DNA from: Lentilitoribacter sp.
GTDB lineage: Bacteria; Pseudomonadota; Alphaproteobacteria; Rhizobiales; Rhizobiaceae
Direction: 5' to 3'
Length of the DNA: 64,000 nt
Assembly (NCBI GenBank): GCA_963691785.1
Contig: OY829371.1
Span: 795,254-859,253 of the forward strand
Numbering within the stretch: position 1 is the stretch's first letter; every line of letters starts with the position of its first letter. Positions 55,883 through 64,000 of this stretch are shown in pieces. The notes under the pieces were generated by a model, which worked only from the letters and a program-made list of their open reading frames with translations, was not told the origin of the DNA and did no database searches. The position numbers and the translations under genes are program-made.

Positions 55883-58258
55883 CTATTCCCCGTAGGGAAC
55901 CCACACATTCTTGACCTGCGTTGCTTGGCGCAAGAATTCATCGCTGGCACCTTGATTTTCATCAAACCAATCAATTGCCATTCCATCATTACACCAAGTG
56001 CGCTTTACATTATGTGCGGATGCCTCTTCAACCATCTTGGAACCAGATTTATCGCCATGATACCAAATGGCATCCACACCTGCATGCTCAGCCAAAGTTT
56101 TGGCCAACGAGTAGCGATCACCGGTTACAATATTGACGACACCGGACGGCAAGTCAGATGTTTCAAATACTTGATAAAGATCCGTCACAGATAATGGGTT
56201 CTGGGTAGAAGGCACAGTGACCACCGCATTACCCATAGCAATTGCAGGCGCAACCATTGACGTAAAGGCGAGCAGTGGCGCTTCATCAGGGCATACCAAT
56301 CCCATCACACCATTAGCTTCCTTCATGGCCAAAGCAACACCTCGGATGGGCACAGAATGCACATAGCCATCATATTTATCCGCCCATGCTGCATAGGTGA
56401 ACCATCTGCTGATGGCGGTCGACACTTCATTGGCTGCAGCTTTTGCACTTGAACCAGATACCTGCTGCAATCGGGCGGCAAACTCATCTGCGCGGGCAGA
56501 TAGATTTTCGCCGATATAGTAAAGGATTTGCGCTCTTAGATGCCCGGTTGAATTCGCCCAAGATTTTGCAGCTGTTGCCGCTTCAACCGCATTGCGGATA
56601 TCTTTGCGATTTCCGTCGCCAACATGACCAATAAGTTTGCCTTTCGGACTATAGATAGCACGCGCGTAACCACTATCAGGACGTGCCTGTTTGCCGCCAA
56701 TATAAAGCTTGGCTGTGCGATCAATATCAGATGTGATGACATCGTCACTTGGTGTGCTGGCCGAACTTAAAACGATTGGCTTCAAGCCTTTTAGGAATGT
56801 TGGTTTAACATATTCAAACAATCCTTCGCGACCACCTTCGCGACCAAAACCACTTTCGCGCATGCCGCCAAATCCGACCGCCGCATCAAAGTGGTTGGTG
56901 CAGTTCACCCAGACCACACCGGCCTTAACCTTGGGTGCGATGTCCATGGCAAGATTAATATTCTCCATCCATACGCTGGCCGCCAATCCGTAGCGGGTGT
57001 TATTGGCAAGTTGCACAGCTTCCGACGGAGTGCGGAATGTCATTGATACAAGCACCGGGCCGAAAATTTCTTCCTGTGCGACATGGGACGCAGTATCCAC
57101 ATTGGCAAGCAGTGTGGGTGGATAGAAAAAACCTTCCGATGGCAAATCCCCATCAGGCTGAATTAGTTCTGCACCTTCATCTAATCCGCGCTGGACAAGC
57201 GATTTGATGGTATTCAGCTGGTTTTCATCGATGATCGCACCAATGTCGGTCGATTTATCCAGCGGATCACCGACACGAAGGTTCTTAATGCGCAGGCGAA
57301 GCTTATCGATGAATTTTTGCGCGATCGGCTCCTGCACCAAAAGGCGAGATCCGGCGCAACACACTTGGCCTTGGTTAAACCAAATCGCGTCGACTATGCC
57401 TTCAACGGCGCTATCTAAATCGGCATCATCAAAAACGATAAAGGGTGATTTGCCACCGAGTTCGAGCGTTAGTTTTTTCCCTGATCCTGCTGTGCGTGTA
57501 CGAATTAGGCGTCCAACTTCTGTTGAACCTGTAAAGGCAACCTTATCAATGCCGTCATGTTCGGTTAGCGCGGCACCGATTGAGCCATCACCGGTGACAA
57601 GATTAACAACGCCTTTGGGTAGGCCCGCTTCTTGACAAATTTGCGCAAACAAATTCGCTGTGATGGATGTCAGTTCAGCCGGTTTTAAAACAACCGTATT
57701 TCCCATGGCCAGCGCTGGTGCAATTTTCCAAGCAAGCATTAAAAGCGGGAAGTTCCAAGGGATAACTTGACCCACCACACCAACAGGTTCCATGCCGGGC
57801 AATTCGCGTTCCATCAATTGCGCCCAACCGGCATGATGATAAAAATGTCGGGCAACAAGCGGCACATCAATATCGCGAGATTCGCGAATGGGTTTGCCAT
57901 TATCAAGGCTTTCAAGCACAGCAAATAACCGCGAATGTTTTTGGATCAAACGTGCAATCGCATACAAATATTTTGCGCGCTCGTGGCCAGATAGTTTTGC
58001 CCAAGGGCCCTGTGCTTTGCGCGCAGCTTTGACCGCATTATCAACATCGGTTTCTGTTGCAGTTTGAATTTGCGCCAAACGTTCACCGGTCGCGGGATTA
58101 ATGGTATCAAAATAAACCGGCGCATCATGGTCGACAAATTCGCCATTGATAAATGGTTTGATGGTCCATTCACGTGCATCCAGCCATTTAAGGGCAGGGG
58201 ATGTATCTTCAGGTGCCGTGCCGTAGTCCATGGTGTTCAAAATCTCTTCAATATTCAT
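55883..58258 (-). CDS. two-domain (ALDH16-type) aldehyde dehydrogenase
   Basis: IPWNFP, FTGSTEVG, LELGGKSP, QGQVCCAGS, EEIFGP, then a second non-catalytic ALDH fold; 791 aa. Confidence 0.92.
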   Translation of the reverse strand: MNIEEILNTMDYGTAPEDTSPALKWLDAREWTIKPFINGEFVDHDAPVYFDTINPATGERLAQIQTATETDVDNAVKAARKAQGPWAKLSGHERAKYLYAIARLIQKHSRLFAVLESLDNGKPIRESRDIDVPLVARHFYHHAGWAQLMERELPGMEPVGVVGQVIPWNFPLLMLAWKIAPALAMGNTVVLKPAELTSITANLFAQICQEAGLPKGVVNLVTGDGSIGAALTEHDGIDKVAFTGSTEVGRLIRTRTAGSGKKLTLELGGKSPFIVFDDADLDSAVEGIVDAIWFNQGQVCCAGSRLLVQEPIAQKFIDKLRLRIKNLRVGDPLDKSTDIGAIIDENQLNTIKSLVQRGLDEGAELIQPDGDLPSEGFFYPPTLLANVDTASHVAQEEIFGPVLVSMTFRTPSEAVQLANNTRYGLAASVWMENINLAMDIAPKVKAGVVWVNCTNHFDAAVGFGGMRESGFGREGGREGLFEYVKPTFLKGLKPIVLSSASTPSDDVITSDIDRTAKLYIGGKQARPDSGYARAIYSPKGKLIGHVGDGNRKDIRNAVEAATAAKSWANSTGHLRAQILYYIGENLSARADEFAARLQQVSGSSAKAAANEVSTAISRWFTYAAWADKYDGYVHSVPIRGVALAMKEANGVMGLVCPDEAPLLAFTSMVAPAIAMGNAVVTVPSTQNPLSVTDLYQVFETSDLPSGVVNIVTGDRYSLAKTLAEHAGVDAIWYHGDKSGSKMVEEASAHNVKRTWCNDGMAIDWFDENQGASDEFLRQATQVKNVWVPYGE

Positions 58259-58269
58259 GTGTTGTCCTG

Positions 58270-59265
58270 CTAACCAATTGGATGGCGATTTGCGGCGGAA
58301 TAGCGCCCGGTAATATGATGTTCAAGCTGGCGTTCAATGTCCCCCAATAGCGATGAAGCACCAAATCTAAAGAGCTCAGGTTCAAGCCAATTGCGGCCAA
58401 GTTCTTCTTTCATCAAAGTAAGATAGGTCAACGAATCTTTCGCTTTTGAAATACCGCCCGCAGGCTTGTAACCGACAGCAAAACCGGTGCGGGCGCCATA
58501 GTCTCTAATTGCTCGGACCATGGTTAGGCTCACGGGCAGTGTCGCATTGACGCTCTCTTTGCCGGTTGACGTTTTGATGAAATCAGCCCCTGCCATCATG
58601 CAGATGAGAGACGCGCGGGCAACATTGCGCAATGTTCCCAATTCACCTGTGGCCAAAATGGCTTTCACATGCGCGTCTCCACATGCCTGACGAAACTCCT
58701 GCATCTCTTTATAAAGCGCTTGCCAATTTCCTTCGAGCACATGACGGCGCGAAATCACGATATCGATCTCTTTGGCCCCGGCTGCGACGGACATCTCGAT
58801 CTCTTTGAGTTTAAGTATATGCGGGGTTAAGCCTGCAGGAAATCCGGTCGAGACGGCAGCAACGGGAATGTTTGTGCCTTCTAACGCATGAACAGCTGTT
58901 TCGATCATTTCGTGATAAACGCAAACAGCACCCGTCGTAATATTACGCTTTTCCAGCCCCAAAGCTTCGATAATATCAGCACGAATAGGCTGCTTGGCTT
59001 TTGCGCATAAGCGGCGAACGCGATTTGCGGTATCATCACCGGATAAAGTGGTGAGATCCATGCATTCAACAGCTTTGATCAGCCATGCGGCCTGGAAGTT
59101 TTTCTTAATGCTCCGGCGCGCAGGAAAACTAGCAGCGCGGCGTTCGATAGCGGATTTGTTGGCTTGAACAGCTTCGACCCAATCTAGATCAAGCGGTATG
59201 CCCTCATTTCGTTTCAGCGTTGCTGAATCTTCTTCCAGCAGATGAACTGTACTTTGATACGTCAT
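58270..59265 (-). CDS. deoC: deoxyribose-phosphate aldolase (long type)
   Basis: MDLTTLSGDD, STGFPAG, EIDIVI, KAILATGEL, FIKTSTGK, KPAGGI, RFGASSLL. Confidence 0.95.
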   Translation of the reverse strand: MTYQSTVHLLEEDSATLKRNEGIPLDLDWVEAVQANKSAIERRAASFPARRSIKKNFQAAWLIKAVECMDLTTLSGDDTANRVRRLCAKAKQPIRADIIEALGLEKRNITTGAVCVYHEMIETAVHALEGTNIPVAAVSTGFPAGLTPHILKLKEIEMSVAAGAKEIDIVISRRHVLEGNWQALYKEMQEFRQACGDAHVKAILATGELGTLRNVARASLICMMAGADFIKTSTGKESVNATLPVSLTMVRAIRDYGARTGFAVGYKPAGGISKAKDSLTYLTLMKEELGRNWLEPELFRFGASSLLGDIERQLEHHITGRYSAANRHPIG

Positions 59266-59420
59266 AAAAAGGCTCTCATTTTTGGCAGAAATATCAAAGA
59301 AAATTGATTTGATGTCCCGCCGAATAACTTTACGTTCCGTGTTGGTATTTTCCAAGTTTTATATTTAAAGTTGGAAAAGCGAGCTTCATACTCGGCAACG
59401 AATGGGAATTCTTAGACCAA

Positions 59421-59999
59421 ATGGTAAAAAATGTCGACAGTCTTTTATCACAAGTTCGATCCTGCGAATTATGTGACGGCTTACCATTGGGGCCAAGACC
59501 TATATTGCAAGTTAGCGCGTCGGCAAAAATTCTCATTGCTGGTCAGGCGCCGGGACGCATCACGCACCATAAGGGTATACCATTTGATGACCCTTCGGGT
59601 AATCGCTTGCGCGACTGGCTTGGTATCTCGCGAGTAGAATTTTATGACCCCTCAAAAATCGCGCTTGTGCCAATGGGCTTTTGTTTTCCAGGCACAGGTA
59701 AAGGCGGCGATTTGCCACCGCGAAAAGAATGCGCAGATACATGGCGCATCCCAGTTTTAGAGCAACTTCAGCAGATCGAGCTGACTTTGGTGATCGGCCA
59801 ATATGCCATCGATTGGCATATTGCAGATGATCAAAAAATGACACTCACGGACCGCGTCGCAAACTGGAAAAATTATATGCCAGATATGCTGCCATTGCCG
59901 CATCCCAGCCCGAGAAATAATCGCTGGCTCAAACGTAATCCATGGTTTGAGGAAGACGTTTTGCCAGCGCTTAAAGCCCGTGTTGGGGAATTGATCTGA
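59421..59999 (+). CDS. uracil-DNA glycosylase superfamily protein
   Basis: IAGQAPG, FDDPSGNRLRDW, PMGFCFPG, PLPHPSPRN. Confidence 0.88.
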   Translation: MVKNVDSLLSQVRSCELCDGLPLGPRPILQVSASAKILIAGQAPGRITHHKGIPFDDPSGNRLRDWLGISRVEFYDPSKIALVPMGFCFPGTGKGGDLPPRKECADTWRIPVLEQLQQIELTLVIGQYAIDWHIADDQKMTLTDRVANWKNYMPDMLPLPHPSPRNNRWLKRNPWFEEDVLPALKARVGELI

Positions 60000-60002
60000 T
60001 AG

Positions 60003-61901
60003 CTATTTCTTAAACCATATCACATCGGTCGATGCGATTGTTTGCCCGCGATACTCATGTGATTGCGTTGAATAGTTCCACACAAAGGTATGTTCTTTCG
60101 TCTCGCGTTTGCGCACGCCACGAGGCAATTCTTCATAAGAAACGCCAGCGCTCTCAAGAATTGATGAGATAATGCGTTTATAAGCGTCTTCATCAAGCCA
60201 CGCGCCGAGATAATACCAATTATCCTTTTGCACCAGAACCGCATTTCCATCTGATATGCGTTCAAGCACGATTTCGCTGGTTTCAAGCTCCTCGATCCAG
60301 GAATGGGCGTAACCGCCTGTGAGAAGATCACGTTGAATGCCTTCGCGCAATGTTTCAAGGCGCGACACTTTCAAATCCAGATGATTAATATCCGGCGCAA
60401 GGTTGGCAGGTATTTGGAAATCAGCAGTCTTAGAATTAAACCGCGGACCGGCAAGGACGGCACCATCAAAATTATTCAAACGCGTTTTAAACGCATCATC
60501 AAGGGTAAAGAGGCTTGGAACAATCGCAATTTTATAACCATCCAGATCTTGATCTTTGGAGATAACATCTACATCGACACCCAAGCTGCGAAGCACTTGA
60601 TAGGCTTGATAGACCAGATTGAAATAATAAAAATTCGCGCCTTGTGGCTGCGTGTCCGTTGCCCATTGTGATGGATAATCGAAGATAAGCGCAACGGGCG
60701 CCTGCAATTGGGTGACTTCGCCAATATCGGTCAAATCAGCTTTGACCTGTCGGGCTTCAATCATCCCACGTGCTTCGACACTGTCTGGACGCAAAAGGCC
60801 GGCATGCATTTGCTCTTGCGCAAAGGGTGCTTGGCGCCAACGGAAATAATTGACGCTTTCTGCCCCATGCGCGATTGCTTCCAAGCTCCATAACCGCACC
60901 ATGCCATCAAGTGGAGATGGGTTGAAAGACGCCCAATTTACTGGACCGGGTTGCTGTTCCATCACCCATAAACGACCATTGCCAACCGAACGATATAGAT
61001 CATGGTGGAAGGCCTGAAAATCAGGATCACCTTGTTGCAGATATTCTGCTTTAAAATCATCATTTTCAGATGAGATCATCTCTAAAAAGCCGATCGGATA
61101 ACTATCCCAGCTGGCGATATCGAGATCTGCACCAACATCGAAATGATCAAAATCGGTGGTCTTGCCCATGTAGTTATGAACAAGCGGCGCATCTGAATAT
61201 TTGCGGATGACATCGGCTTGCAATTTGTTAAAGCTGACCAATTGATCAGACGCAAAACGGCGGAAATCCATTACATGTGAAGGGTTCGGTTCTGTGACCG
61301 TTAAGTTTGGCAGATCGACATCCGAAAATTCTGAATATTCCATCGACCAGAAAACATTGCCCCAGGCTTTGTTTAAAGCATCAGGCGACTGATATTTCTG
61401 AGATAACCAATTACGAAACTCTTCGCGTGCGGATTGGCTATAAGATATTGTCGTATCATGACAGCCATATTCGTTATCCGTCTGCCAGGATTGAACCGCC
61501 GGATGGCTGCCATATCGCTCGGCCATCTTTTCCACGATGCGTACGCATTCACGACGATAGCCTTGATGTGAAAAACAATAATGACGGCGTGAGCCAAACC
61601 CGCGCGGGATGCCTTTTTCGTCTAAAGCAATCATGTCCGGATGTTTGTTTAAGATCCATTTTGGTGGGGTCGCAGTTGGCGTTCCCATGATGATCTTAAG
61701 GCCAGCATTGGCGAGGACATCAACCGCGCGATCGAGCCATTCCCAATCAAATTTACTTTCGCTTGGTTCGATGCGGCTCCAGGCAAATTCGCCAATGCGC
61801 ACCCAAGTGAGCCCCAACTCAGCCATGCGGCGTGCATCTTCAACCCAAATCTCTTCAGGCCAATGCTCTGGATAATAACATGTTCCTAAAACTGGCTTCA
61901 T
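60003..61901 (-). CDS. GH42 beta-galactosidase
   Basis: YYPEHW, RIGEFAWS, WQTDNEYGCH, WVMEQQPG, FRWR, EQMHAG. Confidence 0.95.
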   Translation of the reverse strand: MKPVLGTCYYPEHWPEEIWVEDARRMAELGLTWVRIGEFAWSRIEPSESKFDWEWLDRAVDVLANAGLKIIMGTPTATPPKWILNKHPDMIALDEKGIPRGFGSRRHYCFSHQGYRRECVRIVEKMAERYGSHPAVQSWQTDNEYGCHDTTISYSQSAREEFRNWLSQKYQSPDALNKAWGNVFWSMEYSEFSDVDLPNLTVTEPNPSHVMDFRRFASDQLVSFNKLQADVIRKYSDAPLVHNYMGKTTDFDHFDVGADLDIASWDSYPIGFLEMISSENDDFKAEYLQQGDPDFQAFHHDLYRSVGNGRLWVMEQQPGPVNWASFNPSPLDGMVRLWSLEAIAHGAESVNYFRWRQAPFAQEQMHAGLLRPDSVEARGMIEARQVKADLTDIGEVTQLQAPVALIFDYPSQWATDTQPQGANFYYFNLVYQAYQVLRSLGVDVDVISKDQDLDGYKIAIVPSLFTLDDAFKTRLNNFDGAVLAGPRFNSKTADFQIPANLAPDINHLDLKVSRLETLREGIQRDLLTGGYAHSWIEELETSEIVLERISDGNAVLVQKDNWYYLGAWLDEDAYKRIISSILESAGVSYEELPRGVRKRETKEHTFVWNYSTQSHEYRGQTIASTDVIWFKK

Positions 61902-63982
61902 GATAAATGCTGTCCTTCAATCACCCACATGGTTGCTGGGAATGCTGATGGTAGTCGGAAACCTTGCTGCATGAGGCTTTTACCACTCATTTCGAGTGAG
62001 CGGTGGCTCAATGCTGTTTTGCCTCGACTTGTTGTCGCTGCATCTTCAGCGTTTCGCAAGGTAATTTTATAGCGCGCATCGGGATTTAGCCCCGTTAGTC
62101 GCGTTGGCTTTGCAAGAATTGCCTCAGCTGGTGTCATTTGAGCCACAAAAACCACAAAGCGATCTTTGTCTTGCGCAACACAAATTTCACCCAATTGAGA
62201 AGTATCTGCAATATCCAATCTATGGGTAAATCCAGCATGCATCCATTCACGATTATCTTTATACCACTGCGTGATGTCTTTGAGCGTTTCAAACTCATCC
62301 TCGGTCAGCTCGCGCGGATCCATTTCAAAACCCATATGGCGGCTGGCCGCGACATAGCCGCGGAATGACATGGATAATACGCGACCCGATGTGTGGCATT
62401 TGCGCGGGCCCACATGCGAACCCACCACATCGGATGGCAACCAAAGCGCAGCATTATGTTGCATCAAAAAGCGTTCGATCGCATCGTTACTGTCTGATAA
62501 CCACACGCGCTGGCAATGCTCAAGAACACCGAAATCAATGCGTCCACCACCGGAAGCACATGATTCAAACTCCACTTCTGGGTTTGCATCGCGCAAGCGT
62601 TTGATCAACTCATAAAAGCCGAATGTCTGCGCCGTTAGCTGGAACGGTAACACCCGGTTATGATCCCATTTCACATAGGTGATCGGATGGTTTGATAAAA
62701 TATCATTGACCGCATCAAAGAGGTAATCGCGCACTTCAGGCAGTGTGAGATTAAGCAGCATTTGATGTCGCCCAAGCAATTGATCAGGTGCACCCAAAGC
62801 CCAGTCTGGATGTGCACGATAAAGATCACTATCTGGATTAACCATTTCCGGCTCAAACCAGATGCCAAACTCCATACCAAGATCATTGACATGGTCAATC
62901 AACGGTGAAAGACCATCAGGGAATTTGCGCGGATCAACCGTCCAGTCGCCAAGACCTGAATGATCATCATCACGAACGCCAAACCAGCCGTCATCGAGCA
63001 CAAAACGTTCAGCACCAAGCGCAGCAGCTCTGTCGGCAATTTCTTTTAATTCACCAAGCTCGTGATTGAAATAAACCGCTTCCCAGCAATTATAATGCAC
63101 CGGGCGCGGGCGTTCTGATGCTTTGAACGGCAACACATGCGCACGGGCGTGATGCTGGAAGTTTTTAGCCAAGCCATTAAAGCCCTGATCTGAATAAGTA
63201 ACAAACAAAGATGCTGTTTCTTTTTCAGAGACAAGTTCACTATGGGCATCATTCGCATGACCAAATTGCACCTGACGTCGACCATCAGGCAATTGCTCGG
63301 TGATCATCTTGCGGCCACCGGACCAGCCATAATGGAAGCCAAAGCAGGCACCCATGCTGTTTGTCGTGCCAACTTCAGGGATGATAAGACCCGGGAAGGA
63401 TTCATGCCCCGTCCGACCAGATGCCGTATCACGCAGTCTTGCACCGGCACTCCAGGGGTGGTGATTATGTTGAAACTCACCACACCAACGACCGGTAATC
63501 TCTATCGTCTCAACTGAATTTTGCGTTGCTGGCAATACAGGTGTTGAAAGCCATTCGATAAACATCGGTGTCGCACATTTGGCTGTTGTTTTCAGCTCAA
63601 ACATATCGCTTTCAATATGCGCAATGAGATCAAAAATCAGCGTAATGCCGGTCTTTGGATCCTTGCATGTGAACTTAATCGCATTGGTTTGCACCTCCGC
63701 TTTGCGTTCTGTGAAACGTGGAAAGACATTTTTTCCATCGGTTCCACGGAAGATACTTCCCAATTGCCCTTGATAAGTGGCGCTAATTTGCGGGCTTAAA
63801 GATGTCAGCGGCAGATCATCCAGCATGCCACCTAAAATATCACCCTCATTGCTGAGAGCGATTTGTTCCAGATCTTCATAAATAGGTAAGGCCGAGTCCC
63901 AATAGCAAACAAAGGGGAGACTATCTCCCCTTTGAACTAACACTATTGTCTGACTAGGCGTATCCAAACGCCATGTCTTCAT
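61898..63982 (-). CDS. GH36 alpha-galactosidase
   Basis: NCWEAVYF, FVLDDGWFG, FGIWFEPEM, YVKWDHNR, CASGGGRID; GGAG RBS before ATG 63982. Confidence 0.95.
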   Translation of the reverse strand: MKTWRLDTPSQTIVLVQRGDSLPFVCYWDSALPIYEDLEQIALSNEGDILGGMLDDLPLTSLSPQISATYQGQLGSIFRGTDGKNVFPRFTERKAEVQTNAIKFTCKDPKTGITLIFDLIAHIESDMFELKTTAKCATPMFIEWLSTPVLPATQNSVETIEITGRWCGEFQHNHHPWSAGARLRDTASGRTGHESFPGLIIPEVGTTNSMGACFGFHYGWSGGRKMITEQLPDGRRQVQFGHANDAHSELVSEKETASLFVTYSDQGFNGLAKNFQHHARAHVLPFKASERPRPVHYNCWEAVYFNHELGELKEIADRAAALGAERFVLDDGWFGVRDDDHSGLGDWTVDPRKFPDGLSPLIDHVNDLGMEFGIWFEPEMVNPDSDLYRAHPDWALGAPDQLLGRHQMLLNLTLPEVRDYLFDAVNDILSNHPITYVKWDHNRVLPFQLTAQTFGFYELIKRLRDANPEVEFESCASGGGRIDFGVLEHCQRVWLSDSNDAIERFLMQHNAALWLPSDVVGSHVGPRKCHTSGRVLSMSFRGYVAASRHMGFEMDPRELTEDEFETLKDITQWYKDNREWMHAGFTHRLDIADTSQLGEICVAQDKDRFVVFVAQMTPAEAILAKPTRLTGLNPDARYKITLRNAEDAATTSRGKTALSHRSLEMSGKSLMQQGFRLPSAFPATMWVIEGQHLS

Positions 63983-64000
63983 TTTACTTAACTGCTCCAA

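Noticed and set aside
35277-63799. Numerous 60-190 aa ORFs nested in or antisense to the housekeeping genes
   Set aside because: They overlap well-supported genes in other frames, lack motifs and RBSs, and are expected by chance at this GC content

Overview
64 kb of an alphaproteobacterial chromosome; the gene content looks marine Rhizobiales/Roseobacter-like, which is inference only. From left to right: a partial mrp/apbC, DUF971, mobAB, comDE with an FMN alpha-hydroxy-acid dehydrogenase (sulfolactate route), an ECF sigma/anti-sigma/TPR module, an uncharacterised GntR-controlled lactonase/dehydrogenase cluster, and an orphan ureD. A ~15 kb tyrosine-integrase island sits in tRNA-Arg(CCG) (12665-27703). 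It carries an alcohol/polyol ABC-uptake and oxidation operon, an IS3 element and cassette-like remnants. Next comes the most striking locus, a six-gene minus-strand operon (27759-34303). It encodes an NAD(P)H-flavin/[2Fe-2S]/di-haem-b membrane fusion, an 11-haem c cytochrome, a DUF3365 haem protein, cytochrome c5, a globin with a membrane-targeting tail, and an ALA synthase. Its leader carries an NtrC-like site, a consensus sigma-54 promoter, a dual-hexaloop ANTAR motif and an overlapping 40-bp perfectly palindromic terminator. This architecture points to a nitrogen-limitation and nitrate/nitrite-controlled, sirohaem-free N-oxide reduction system. The right half holds the sorbitol/mannitol cluster, pntAB, VIT1, nnr, a USP, an OxyR-like LysR lacking the peroxidatic Cys opposite sbtAB, DUF533, a sugar dehydrogenase, a group III truncated haemoglobin with an Rrf2 regulator, ALDH16-type aldehyde dehydrogenase plus deoC, a UDG-family gene, and GH42/GH36 galactosidases. 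All family assignments come from motif recognition without database searches. No CRISPR array or rRNA was seen.
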